Positions 36,660 through 46,319 of a DNA stretch of 64,000 nucleotides are shown here, piece by piece. Under the pieces are notes generated by a model. That model was not told the DNA's origin. It saw only the letters and a list, made by a program, of their open reading frames with translations, and did no database searches. The DNA is taken from positions 359,397 through 423,396 of the forward strand of contig JAQTTB010000001.1 in NCBI GenBank assembly GCA_028710985.1, written 5' to 3'. Made by a program: the position numbers and the translations under genes. This stretch comes from Patescibacteria group bacterium. GTDB lineage: Bacteria; Patescibacteriota; Patescibacteriia; JAHJFT01. Within the stretch, counting starts at the first letter, position 1. Every line of letters begins with the position of its first letter.

Positions 36660-37706
36660 ATGAAAATTCTGGGCATTGAAACTTCTTGCGACGAAACCGC
36701 GCTCGCGGTCGTGGAGACCGACGGCCGGGATTTTAAGGTTATTAAAAACCTGGTTTATTCGCAGATCCCGATTCATGAGAAATACGGCGGCGTGGTGCCC
36801 GAGGTAGCGGCGCGGGCGCACGTGGAAAAAATGCCCGAGCTATTGATGTCTCTCGGAAGCCGCGATGGGAAGGGAATTGACGCCATTGCCGTCACTCACG
36901 GTCCGGGACTCGTTACTTCGCTCCGCGTGGGCGTGGAAACCGCCAAAACGCTCGCCTGGCTCTGGAAAAAACCACTTGTCGGGATCAACCACATTGAGGG
37001 CCACATCATGGCGAATTGGCTGGCGCCAATTCGCAAAATCCAAAATCCAAATAACAAATTCCAAAATATTAGATTTCCGGCGATTGCGCTCGTGGTATCC
37101 GGCGGGCATACCGAGCTTTTTCTTATGCCCCGCCTTGGGGAGTATAAAAAAATCGGCCAGACACTGGACGACGCGGCCGGCGAAGCCTTTGACAAGGTCG
37201 CGAAGATTTTAGACATCGGCTATCCCGGCGGACCGGCGGTCGCGCGGTGGGCTGAATCCGGAAGAACGGATGCATTTGACTTTCCGCGGCCCATGCTTGA
37301 CCGTCCGGATTTCAATTTTTCATTTTCCGGACTCAAGACCGCGGTGCTTTACCAAGTCATGAAAAATAAATCTAAAACCAAGAATCAAAAATATATGGCC
37401 GATGTCTGCGCCTCGTTTCAGGAGGCGGTTGTTGATACCCTGGTCGGAAAAACCATCAAAGCCGCGCAAGCGTCCGGCGTCAAGATTATTATGCTCGGCG
37501 GCGGCGTTTCGGCAAATGCGTGGCTCCGGCGCGAGCTCGAGATGGGAGTGACAAAATTTTTGCCTAACGTCGGTCTCGTACTTCCGGAAATCAAATATAC
37601 CGGCGACAACGCGGCCATGATCGCGGCCGCCGGATATCTCCATGCGATTAAGAAAGATTTTATTGATTGGCGGAAGATTGAGGTAGATCCCAATCTGTCT
37701 CTATGA
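36660..37706 (+). CDS. tsaD: tRNA threonylcarbamoyladenosine transferase TsaD
   Basis: ILGIETSCDET, GGVVPEVAARAH, NHIEGH, VSGGHT and DNAAMIA motifs. Confidence 0.97.
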   Translation: MKILGIETSCDETALAVVETDGRDFKVIKNLVYSQIPIHEKYGGVVPEVAARAHVEKMPELLMSLGSRDGKGIDAIAVTHGPGLVTSLRVGVETAKTLAWLWKKPLVGINHIEGHIMANWLAPIRKIQNPNNKFQNIRFPAIALVVSGGHTELFLMPRLGEYKKIGQTLDDAAGEAFDKVAKILDIGYPGGPAVARWAESGRTDAFDFPRPMLDRPDFNFSFSGLKTAVLYQVMKNKSKTKNQKYMADVCASFQEAVVDTLVGKTIKAAQASGVKIIMLGGGVSANAWLRRELEMGVTKFLPNVGLVLPEIKYTGDNAAMIAAAGYLHAIKKDFIDWRKIEVDPNLSL

Positions 37707-38143
37707 AAAAAATAATTAATTCCGAACAAGAGATGCACGCTTTCGCGGGCAATATCGCCAAAAAATTAAGAGCCGGCGATGTTTTGGCATTGGCCGGCGA
37801 TCTGGGCTCCGGAAAAACCACATTCGTGAAAGGCCTGGCGCGGGCGCTCGGCGTTAAAGAAACCGTGACCAGCCCGACTTTTGTTTTGCTCAAGCCATAC
37901 CAGACAAAAATCCAAAATCCAAAATCCAAAATCCAAAATTTAATCCACGTTGATGCGTATCGGATAGAGAAAGGCGAGGAGCTTATTTTCGTTGGGCTCG
38001 ATGAATTTTTTGAGAGTCCGGACACAGTCACGGTGATTGAGTGGGCGGACAAAGTTAAAAAAATTCTGCCTCGCGGCAGAACCAAATGGATTAAATTTTC
38101 TCTGGGCGCAAATCCAAACCAGCGGATTGTTGTTATTCCGTAA
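37703..38143 (+). CDS. tsaE: tRNA threonylcarbamoyladenosine biosynthesis ATPase TsaE
   Basis: GDLGSGKTTF, VTSPTF, HVDAYR and IEWAD motifs. Confidence 0.95.
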   Translation: MKKIINSEQEMHAFAGNIAKKLRAGDVLALAGDLGSGKTTFVKGLARALGVKETVTSPTFVLLKPYQTKIQNPKSKIQNLIHVDAYRIEKGEELIFVGLDEFFESPDTVTVIEWADKVKKILPRGRTKWIKFSLGANPNQRIVVIP

Positions 38144-39845
38144 CCCGAAACACTTCGTCAACCGAAGTCATGCCGTCCAGGGCTTTGAGGACGCCGTCCT
38201 GCACCATGGTAATCATGCCCTGCGCGGCGGCGAGTTCCTCCATCTTGTATTCAGCCACCTCTTCGGCGAGGATGGCTTTTTCTATATCCTTATTCATGGT
38301 GAAAATTTCATAAATGCCGACCCGCCCCTTGTAGCCGAGTCCGTTGCATGCGTCGCAGCCCGCACCTTTCCAGAATTTTAAATTTTTCATATCAACCTTG
38401 ACGCCGCTTTTCTCCGGAATCTTAGAGATGACTTCCAGGATGCGCGTTTGCGTTGCTGCGTCGAGTTTGATTTCCGCTTTGCATTTTGAACAAATTTTCC
38501 GGCAAAGGCGCTGGCCGATGACCGCGTTTAAGGCCGGCGCGAGCAAAAACCCCTTGGCGCCCATGGCAAGGAACCGGGGAATCGCGCCTGCCGCGTTATT
38601 CGTGTGGATGGTGGAAATCACCAGGTGCCCGGTGAGTGCCGCGTTGATGGCGATATCCGCGGTTTCCAGATCCCGGATTTCGCCGACCATGATGATATCC
38701 GGGTCCTGGCGCAGAATTGACCGCAGGCCCTTGGCAAATGTGTAATCATGGGACGGATCAATCTGGCTCTGGCTGATTCCCTCAAGCCGGTACTCAATCG
38801 GATCCTCAAGAGTGATGATTTTGAGTTCCGGATTTTTTATTTTTTTCAAAATCGCGTAAAGCGTGGTGGTTTTGCCGGATCCGGTCGGGCCGGTGGTGAG
38901 GATCATGCCGTTCGGCCGCGTGATCTGGGCCGAAAGAATCTCAAGCGCCCGTCCGCGGATGCCGAGCGCGTCAAACTCAAGGGCAATGGCTTTTTTGGAG
39001 AGTATTCTCATGACCACCGACTCGCCGTAATTCGTGGGAATCGCGGAGACGCGCACGTCAACCTCTTCGTCTTTCATGAAAATGGTAAATCTCCCGTCTT
39101 GCGGCTTGTCGGTTACGTTAATCTTGAGCCCGGCCACGAGTTTGATGCGTGAAATAATTTGTTTCCATTTTTTCTGGTCAATGTCGGCCGCATCCTGGAG
39201 CACGCCGTCGATTCTGAGACGCAGTTTTATGGCATGTTCTTCGGCTTCAACATGGATGTCGGAGGCGCCGAGCCGGAGCGCGGCCGCGATGGCGAGGGCG
39301 AGTATTTCGGTGGTGGAGACTTTGTTGATTTGCGCCTGAAGAGATTTAAAATCAGCCACCGTCTCCTGGAATTTTAAGAGGTCATCCGCCGAAATTTCCA
39401 CGCCTTTGATGATTTTCCGCGGTTCGGGCAATACATCGTAAAGCTTCATCGACCGGTTCAGGCTCTGCTCGGTGACCAGATAAATTTTTCCGTCCGTGTG
39501 CAGGCGTTCTTCAAGCTGGAAGAGAACCTCTTTGATTTTTTCGTCTGCCGGTTCAAGCGCGGCGAGCCGGAGCTCGGGTCCGGTGTAGAGAAAACATAAA
39601 ATCTTGAGCTTCTCCGCCTGCTCGCGGGGAATGAGCGCCAGCGCCTCCGGGCTTATGGCAAAGCCCTTGAGGTTGATATACGGAACGCCCAAAGACTGGG
39701 CCTTGCTCTCGGCAAGGCGCTCCAATTCCGCCTCGCGGACCTCGCCCATCTTTTCCTTGAGTTTTTCTCCGGTCGCCGAAGTCGCCCCCTTCTTTTGCCT
39801 TGAAGGAATGAGGTCTTCGATTGATTGTGGGCCCTGATTGGCCAT
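38133..39845 (-). CDS. pilB: Type IV pilus assembly ATPase PilB (GspE/PulE family)
   Basis: ASDIHVE, PQDGRF, GPTGSGKTTT, LRQDPD, TGHLV and two CxxC motifs. Confidence 0.9.
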   Translation of the reverse strand: MANQGPQSIEDLIPSRQKKGATSATGEKLKEKMGEVREAELERLAESKAQSLGVPYINLKGFAISPEALALIPREQAEKLKILCFLYTGPELRLAALEPADEKIKEVLFQLEERLHTDGKIYLVTEQSLNRSMKLYDVLPEPRKIIKGVEISADDLLKFQETVADFKSLQAQINKVSTTEILALAIAAALRLGASDIHVEAEEHAIKLRLRIDGVLQDAADIDQKKWKQIISRIKLVAGLKINVTDKPQDGRFTIFMKDEEVDVRVSAIPTNYGESVVMRILSKKAIALEFDALGIRGRALEILSAQITRPNGMILTTGPTGSGKTTTLYAILKKIKNPELKIITLEDPIEYRLEGISQSQIDPSHDYTFAKGLRSILRQDPDIIMVGEIRDLETADIAINAALTGHLVISTIHTNNAAGAIPRFLAMGAKGFLLAPALNAVIGQRLCRKICSKCKAEIKLDAATQTRILEVISKIPEKSGVKVDMKNLKFWKGAGCDACNGLGYKGRVGIYEIFTMNKDIEKAILAEEVAEYKMEELAAAQGMITMVQDGVLKALDGMTSVDEVFRVTE

Positions 39846-39847
39846 AA

Positions 39848-40876
39848 TTATTTTTTTCGTTTACTGATTTTTTTATGTTCGTGCAAATTCGCGAGTCCGT
39901 GGACCCAGCGGGCAAGTCGCGAAAGTCCGCCACGCGACGCGAGCCGCTCAAAAAGCATGACCCACGCCGTGTACTGGAAGGTGACCGTAAACGCACTTCC
40001 GAAAATCATGACTCCCGCAAAAATCAGCACCGAGAGGATGAGTATCACGAGGAATGCTGCGTTTGAGGCGAGTGCTACAGCCGCGAGAACGAGCAGCATA
40101 ATGGGGAGTGAGATCACGAGGAAGATAAGCACGATCGCAAGTCCAATGAGAAAAGAGATAACGAAAAGCAAAAATCCAAGTTCCATGCAGATGAGCCAGT
40201 GGCGTTTGAAAAGTTCCCAGGCATGGTACAGGGCCGAGCCGTAACCCTTGTTGCGGAGCATCACATAGCATGAAGCGAGCATGGCGATAAAATAAACGAT
40301 TACCGCCGCCGGTATAAATATCAGAAATGATACAAGATAAAGCGCGGCATTCAGGGCGATATTCGCGGAGAGCAGCAGGAACAGGGGAAATGTGGTGAAC
40401 ATCACGAGAAGCGCGATCGCAACCTTGAGTGACACATTGATGCCGAGAAGCGGCCAGAATTTATGCATCCCCAGCGTGAACGCGTCGCCGGCCGGCATTA
40501 ACTTATTTTTTGCCTTTCCGGCGGCCGCCGTAATGAGCGCGCCCTGTGAAGCGACTGAAAGCCAGATGAGCCCGAGTCCGATGGCAAGAGCCACGAGGAC
40601 CGCGGTAATCAGCCAAACGTTTTCCAGAGTGAATAATTGCTTTATGCCGCTCAATTTATCCGGCAATCCAAGAGCGGATTCAAATGGCATGCCCTGGCTA
40701 ACCGCCTGCCACGCCGAACCGAGATTGGTAACGCGGCCGAACATTTTAACACCCAGGTCGTAGATTCCGCCGCTCATCATGAGTCCGGCAAAAAATCCGA
40801 AGACCCAGAGTACTTTATTGCGCCAGGCGAAGAACCAGGCTTCACGAAGCACTTCACGGTATATTGGTTGATGCAT
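39848..40876 (-). CDS. Multi-pass membrane protein
   Basis: About 7 hydrophobic helices; AW..AWRNKVLWVFG start. Confidence 0.8.
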   Translation of the reverse strand: MHQPIYREVLREAWFFAWRNKVLWVFGFFAGLMMSGGIYDLGVKMFGRVTNLGSAWQAVSQGMPFESALGLPDKLSGIKQLFTLENVWLITAVLVALAIGLGLIWLSVASQGALITAAAGKAKNKLMPAGDAFTLGMHKFWPLLGINVSLKVAIALLVMFTTFPLFLLLSANIALNAALYLVSFLIFIPAAVIVYFIAMLASCYVMLRNKGYGSALYHAWELFKRHWLICMELGFLLFVISFLIGLAIVLIFLVISLPIMLLVLAAVALASNAAFLVILILSVLIFAGVMIFGSAFTVTFQYTAWVMLFERLASRGGLSRLARWVHGLANLHEHKKISKRKK

Positions 40877-40930
40877 ATTCCTCCCTGTCTTGCCGAAGCC
40901 CCGACCGCAGTCGGGACGAAGGCAGACTCC

Positions 40931-42778
40931 TTATTTTTTAATTTTTTTGTTTTGTTGGTGGGATTTTTTCGGAACCTCGATATCCCGGAACAGCGCTTCG
41001 AATTCCTCCTGCTCCAGGGTTTCTTTTTCCATGAGATTTTTGACGATGAGTTCTAGTTTGTCTTTATGCTCGGTCAGAATTTTTTCCGCCAGGCCGCGCG
41101 CGTCTTCAATTAACGCGGCCATTTCCTTGTCGATTTTTTCCGCGGTTTTTTCGCTATAATCCTTTTCTTCGTGGAAATCGCGGCCAAGAAACACGAGCTC
41201 GTCTTTTCGTCCGAAGGTTCTGAGATCAGAACCCATTGCATAGGTTTTGACCATTTGCTCGGCGAGTTTGGTCGCTTGTTTCAGGTCATTGGAGGCGCCG
41301 GTCGTGACATCGCCAAAAATCATTTTTTCTGTGAGATATCCGGCCACCATTACCGCGATGTCGGCGGAAAATTCAGCCTTGGTATGCAGATATTTGTCTT
41401 CGGTCGGGAGCTTGAGGGTGTATCCGGCTGCCGGTCCGCGTGAAATTATTGAAACTTTGTGAACCGGATCCGCGTCCGGGAGCATTTCGGCAGTAAGCGC
41501 GTGCCCGGCTTCATGGTACGCCGTGACGCGGCGTTCGCGGTCGCTCAAAATATGGCTCCGGCGCTCCGGTCCGAGCATAACTTTTTCAATGCTTTCAAAC
41601 ACTTCGTCCAGGCCGATTTTATTTTTATTGCGCCGCGCCGTGAGAATCGCCGCCTCGTTCAGGAGGTTGGCGAGATCGGCTCCGGAAAATCCCGGAGTGC
41701 GCTCGGCAACGCGTCGGAGGTCAATGCCCGCCTCAAGTGGTTTATTGCGCGCATGAATTTTTAAAATTGCTTCGCGGTCGCGGATGTCCGGAAGATCCAG
41801 GATCACTCGCCGGTCGAAACGTCCCGGCCGCAGAAGCGCCGGATCAAGCACGTCCGGCCGGTTTGTCGCCGCGATCACGATGACGCCGATGTGCGGATCG
41901 AATCCGTCCATTTCAACGAGTATCTGGTTCAGCGTCTGTTCGCGCTCGTCATGCGAGCCGCCCAAGCCCGCGCCGCGCTGGCGCCCGACCGCGTCGATTT
42001 CATCCACGAACACGATGCAGGGCGCGTTCTTTTTCGCTTTTTGGAACAGATCACGGACGCGCGCCGCGCCCACGCCCACGAACATCTCCACGAACTCACT
42101 GCCCGAAATATGGAAAAACGGCACATTGGCCTCTCCGGCCACGGCGCGCGCGAGCAGGGTTTTGCCCGTGCCCGGGGCGCCCATGAGGAGAACGCCTTTG
42201 GGAATCTTGGCGCCGAGGGCGACGAATTTTTTCGGATTTTTCAAAAATTCAACAATTTCCTGCAATTCGTCTTTGGCTTCGGTGACTCCGGCCACATCCT
42301 TGAATGTGATTTTGTTTTTCGCGTTTTTGCCGGTTTCGCGCACGCGCGATTCGCCGAAAGATATCGCCTTGGCGTTCTGGCCCTGGACCTGGCGAAAAAA
42401 GAAATAAATGATAACGCCAAAAATGATAAGCGGCAGCAGGCTGGGGAGAAGCAGGGCGAGCCAGTCACTTTGCGGTTCGCTGACTTTTACATTAATTGCC
42501 GCGAGTCGTTCGGCCGGAACATCGTAATTTTTAAGCATTTCAGAAAACGATTCGCCGGATTCTTTATAAATCTCCGCGGTGCTCTGATCCTGGAATGTCG
42601 CGATAAGCTCCTGGCCCTTAACCTCAACGCCCGTAATTTCACCGGCCTTGATCTTGGCGACAAATTCAGAAATATCCATTTTCTTCGCGGATTCAAAATT
42701 GATATTGCTCATCACGAGCGCGATAATCAAAGCGGCGAGTGCCAGCCACAGCAGATTTTTTGTTAGAATTTTTTTCAT
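40931..42778 (-). CDS. ftsH: ATP-dependent zinc metalloprotease FtsH
   Basis: Two transmembrane helices, [23 protein letters not shown] and HEAGH motifs. Confidence 0.98.
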   Translation of the reverse strand: MKKILTKNLLWLALAALIIALVMSNINFESAKKMDISEFVAKIKAGEITGVEVKGQELIATFQDQSTAEIYKESGESFSEMLKNYDVPAERLAAINVKVSEPQSDWLALLLPSLLPLIIFGVIIYFFFRQVQGQNAKAISFGESRVRETGKNAKNKITFKDVAGVTEAKDELQEIVEFLKNPKKFVALGAKIPKGVLLMGAPGTGKTLLARAVAGEANVPFFHISGSEFVEMFVGVGAARVRDLFQKAKKNAPCIVFVDEIDAVGRQRGAGLGGSHDEREQTLNQILVEMDGFDPHIGVIVIAATNRPDVLDPALLRPGRFDRRVILDLPDIRDREAILKIHARNKPLEAGIDLRRVAERTPGFSGADLANLLNEAAILTARRNKNKIGLDEVFESIEKVMLGPERRSHILSDRERRVTAYHEAGHALTAEMLPDADPVHKVSIISRGPAAGYTLKLPTEDKYLHTKAEFSADIAVMVAGYLTEKMIFGDVTTGASNDLKQATKLAEQMVKTYAMGSDLRTFGRKDELVFLGRDFHEEKDYSEKTAEKIDKEMAALIEDARGLAEKILTEHKDKLELIVKNLMEKETLEQEEFEALFRDIEVPKKSHQQNKKIKK

Positions 42779-42860
42779 ATATACCTTATATTATAGTTGT
42801 TTTCGCGGAAAAATGAAATGGGGACGGATTAAACCGTCCCCATCTGTGTTTTTTCATTCC

Positions 42861-44051
42861 CTACTCGGCCACGGCCTCTTTTTTTTCTTCTTTTTTCTCT
42901 TCCTGTTTTTCATCCTGCTTCTCATCTTTTTTCTTTTCTTCTTTTGCCGGTTTGGCTGAGCGTTTCAGGCTCAAGCCCAGGCGATGATGTTCCGGTTCGA
43001 TTGAGATAATGGTGAATTCCAGGGTGTCGCCGACTTTTGCGAGCTCGCTGGTATCCTTTACCGGTTTGTCCGAAAGTTCGGAAATATGGGCCAGGCCGTG
43101 GATGTCCGGGTCAAGCTCCACGAAGAGCCCGAACGGATTGATTTTCAAGACCTTGCCCTTGACCTTCTGGCCGAGAGCGTATTTTTCCTTAACATTGCTC
43201 CACGGATCCGCCAGGAGTTTTCTCATGGATAAGAATATTTTTGAACCCTCGACTGAAATGATTTCCGCCTTGACATTGTCGCCGACTTTCACGAAGTCGC
43301 GCGGATTATCGATGCGCTGCCAGGCGATTTCCGAAATATGGACCAGGCCCTCGAGGTTGTCGAATTTCACGAACGCGCCGAAATCGGCAACCGCCGTGAT
43401 CGTTCCCTCAACCACATCGCCGATTTTGTAGCGGTCAATCAGCCCTTTCTGCTGCTCTTCCCAGACTGCCTTTTCGGAGACGATGAGCTTTTCGGTTTTT
43501 TTATCAACGTCAATGACGCGCACCTCGGATTCTTTGCCGATAAATTCTTTGAGTTTTTCCAGAATCTTGGCTTTGTCTCCGCCCGCGACGCGCGGATAAT
43601 TCTCCGGAGAAAGCTGGGAAACCGGCAAAAAGCCGATTACGCCCGCGTGCTTTATGATCAATCCGCCCTTGTTGGCGTCAAGTACTTTCACATGGATGAT
43701 TTCGCGGCTCGAGAGCAGATCAGCGAGTGTCTGCCAGGCCTTTTGATGGCCGGCGGAACGGAATGAGAGTTCTACCTCGCCATTCTCGTTTTCGAGGTCA
43801 ATGACCGTGGCTTCCACTTCCGCGCCCGGAACCAGTTTTTCAAATTCCGCCGCGTCCTCAAAAAGTTCGCGGCCGCGCACCACGCCGATGTTATATCCCG
43901 GGATATCGATTTTAACTTCGTTTTTTGAGGCCGAAATTACGGTGCCGCGCACCACGTCGCCGGGTTTTGGTATATTTAAAAATTGCTTCTCGGAGAGAAG
44001 TTTATTGAGTTCGCCGTCTTTTGGTTCGGCAATTTTCTTCTTTTTTGCCAT
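42861..44051 (-). CDS. rpsA: 30S ribosomal protein S1 (4 S1 domains)
   Basis: DANKGGL, GFLPVSQL, FGAFV..EGLVHISE and GLAHISEL motifs. Confidence 0.92.
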   Translation of the reverse strand: MAKKKKIAEPKDGELNKLLSEKQFLNIPKPGDVVRGTVISASKNEVKIDIPGYNIGVVRGRELFEDAAEFEKLVPGAEVEATVIDLENENGEVELSFRSAGHQKAWQTLADLLSSREIIHVKVLDANKGGLIIKHAGVIGFLPVSQLSPENYPRVAGGDKAKILEKLKEFIGKESEVRVIDVDKKTEKLIVSEKAVWEEQQKGLIDRYKIGDVVEGTITAVADFGAFVKFDNLEGLVHISEIAWQRIDNPRDFVKVGDNVKAEIISVEGSKIFLSMRKLLADPWSNVKEKYALGQKVKGKVLKINPFGLFVELDPDIHGLAHISELSDKPVKDTSELAKVGDTLEFTIISIEPEHHRLGLSLKRSAKPAKEEKKKDEKQDEKQEEKKEEKKEAVAE

Positions 44052-44192
44052 ATTATTAATTAGCTTAGCTCATTTTGGCTGGGATGAGCCCCCGTCGCCC
44101 GGGACGGGGATATTAAATAAGTAAAAAAAGTATATACTATATTAAATATCTTGGCAAGAGGCGGCCGCGTTGATATAATATATATAGAATAT

Positions 44193-44867
44193 ATGCCGCA
44201 AAAATACCAAAACGAACTTAATCTCCTCAGAATAGCGATTGAAAAGACGCCGTTCTCTTTTTCGCGCGATGAACGCTCGAAATTTGAAACCCGCCTGGCC
44301 GCGCTTGAGGCTAATCCAGAAACAAAACGCGACGAGATTGAAACCGTGATTGTTGAAGTCGGCAAGGCGACCTGGCCGCATCGCAAGGCCTACGAGGGCA
44401 TGTTTGCCGCTTATGCCAAAGAAAAATACGAAGAGCAGTTTATCAACAATCTGGATGATGATCTTCGCGTCAAATATGAAAATTTTACCCGCGCCGGCGG
44501 CAGCCTGCACGATTACCGCCGCACCCGTGAAATGGAACAGGCCTTTACGCCGGAAGAGTATACTCGGCTAGAAGATGCGATTTTTGAAGCGCGCAAATTT
44601 CTGGATTCATACATGGAAACCGTGATCGCCGAAAACTCCGACGAATACAATGAATCCGTCAAACGGTACGAGTCCAAACAGCGCGACTGCGCCAATATGA
44701 TTGAGAGCCTGAAGGAAATCGCTCGCACCTCGGAAAAATGGGCACCAGAAATCATGGCCAAGGTGCGAAAATTTGAAGAGGGCTGGAGTGCGATTGAACG
44801 CGACTTTGATGAAGACCAATTGAAACATGAGATAGAGTATTGGCAGGGAGTGATCGGACTTGAGTAA
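44193..44867 (+). CDS. Hypothetical helical protein
   Basis: ATG at 44193; charged helical composition. Confidence 0.75.
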   Translation: MPQKYQNELNLLRIAIEKTPFSFSRDERSKFETRLAALEANPETKRDEIETVIVEVGKATWPHRKAYEGMFAAYAKEKYEEQFINNLDDDLRVKYENFTRAGGSLHDYRRTREMEQAFTPEEYTRLEDAIFEARKFLDSYMETVIAENSDEYNESVKRYESKQRDCANMIESLKEIARTSEKWAPEIMAKVRKFEEGWSAIERDFDEDQLKHEIEYWQGVIGLE

Positions 44868-44953
44868 TCGGGCGTTTTTGTGGCTGATTTTCTCTTTACA
44901 CGCCCGTTTTTTTATGGTAAAATTATTCCATTAAATAAGGTCAATTTTAAGTT

Positions 44954-45607
44954 ATGCAAATCTCTTGGCACGGCTTGGCCTGCTTTGAAATCACGGCTAA
45001 GATCGGCGGTGAGGATGTTACCCTGGTTACCGACCCCTATCAAAATTCTACCGGATTGCGTTTCCCACGAACCCTGTCGGCGGATACTGTGCTCGTTTCC
45101 GAAAACCGTCCCGAACAGAATAACGTGGAATCCATTGCCGGCAATCCATTTATCATCAAGCACCCGGGTGAATATGAAATCGGGGGCGTTTTTATTTACG
45201 GAATAAACATCTTCAAAAACGATAATGGAGTAAAAGAGGGCCGGCGCCCGCTCATTTACCGCATCGAAATGGAAGGCATTACCATTGCCCATCTCGGCAC
45301 CATGTATCGCGAGCTTTCGGACGATGAATTGGCCAAGCTCCGGCAAATCGATATTCTTACCTTGCCGGTCGGCGGCGGTCCAGTAATCTCACCCGAACAG
45401 GCCGATAATCTCGTGAGCCAGATTGAGCCGCGCATTGTGCTGCCCATGTATTATGGCTCGCCTAACCTCAAAGAAAAATTGGAAAAGATTGACAAGTTTT
45501 GTAAAGAAATCGGCGTCTGTCAGACCGAACGGCCGAATAAATTTAAAATTTCAAAAAAAGATCTGCCCCAGGAAGACATGCGGGTAATTATATTGGAAAA
45601 AGCTTAA
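44954..45607 (+). CDS. Metallo-beta-lactamase-fold protein with degenerate metal ligands
   Basis: ISWHGLACF, VTDPY, PGEYEIGG and LPVGGG motifs, but SENRPEQ in place of SHxHxDH. Confidence 0.8.
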   Translation: MQISWHGLACFEITAKIGGEDVTLVTDPYQNSTGLRFPRTLSADTVLVSENRPEQNNVESIAGNPFIIKHPGEYEIGGVFIYGINIFKNDNGVKEGRRPLIYRIEMEGITIAHLGTMYRELSDDELAKLRQIDILTLPVGGGPVISPEQADNLVSQIEPRIVLPMYYGSPNLKEKLEKIDKFCKEIGVCQTERPNKFKISKKDLPQEDMRVIILEKA

Positions 45608-45608
45608 T

Positions 45609-46283
45609 ATGCCCAAGAAAGAAAAAGCAAAATCAATAAAGATCGTTGCCGAGGCAAAGCCCGCGGCAAAACCCCGGCCAAAAAAACGCATTTTGAAAGT
45701 CCGGAAAGCCGCGTCCGAGAAACTGGCGCCGCTTGCCGAAGTTGCGAATTTTCCGGTTGAGAGCGGGGAGGCCGGCCGCGCTGAACTCGATCGCCTCATT
45801 GTCCAGGAGGCGGTAAAAGACCAGCCTGTTTTTTCGATGGGCGAAGAAACAAAACCCGAGGAAAGCATTTTTAATACCATTGAAGAGCCGGCTGAGTTTG
45901 AGCCGGATGAAGATGGCACGATTTTTGTCAGCCCGGGCGAACCAGTGAGCCTTTACCGCCGGGTCCTGCTCTGGTCTTCGGTCAGCCTTTGCGCCGCGGT
46001 CATCGGTTTTGGTTGGATTCTAACCATCGGCGGCAGTTTGGGGCTTAAATCCCAGTCCAGCGCGGCTGAATATGAACCCATGACCATGGAAGAAATAAAT
46101 CGCGAAGTCAATTCCAATCTCGAAGATATAAAGGCCGCGGTGGATGAAGATGCTGCTAAGGCTATGATCGAGGACAATACTCTTGAAAAGATCATTGAAG
46201 AAGTAAAAAATTCTTCAAGTACCGGCGAAGTCGCGACCGGGGAGCGCGATATATTTTCACCCCCGTCCAGCACAACGGAATAA
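45609..46283 (+). CDS. Hypothetical single-pass membrane protein
   Basis: Lys-rich N-terminus and one central transmembrane helix. Confidence 0.7.
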   Translation: MPKKEKAKSIKIVAEAKPAAKPRPKKRILKVRKAASEKLAPLAEVANFPVESGEAGRAELDRLIVQEAVKDQPVFSMGEETKPEESIFNTIEEPAEFEPDEDGTIFVSPGEPVSLYRRVLLWSSVSLCAAVIGFGWILTIGGSLGLKSQSSAAEYEPMTMEEINREVNSNLEDIKAAVDEDAAKAMIEDNTLEKIIEEVKNSSSTGEVATGERDIFSPPSSTTE

Positions 46284-46319
46284 TTTTTAATTTTGCATTT
46301 TTAATTTTTAATTGTTGAG

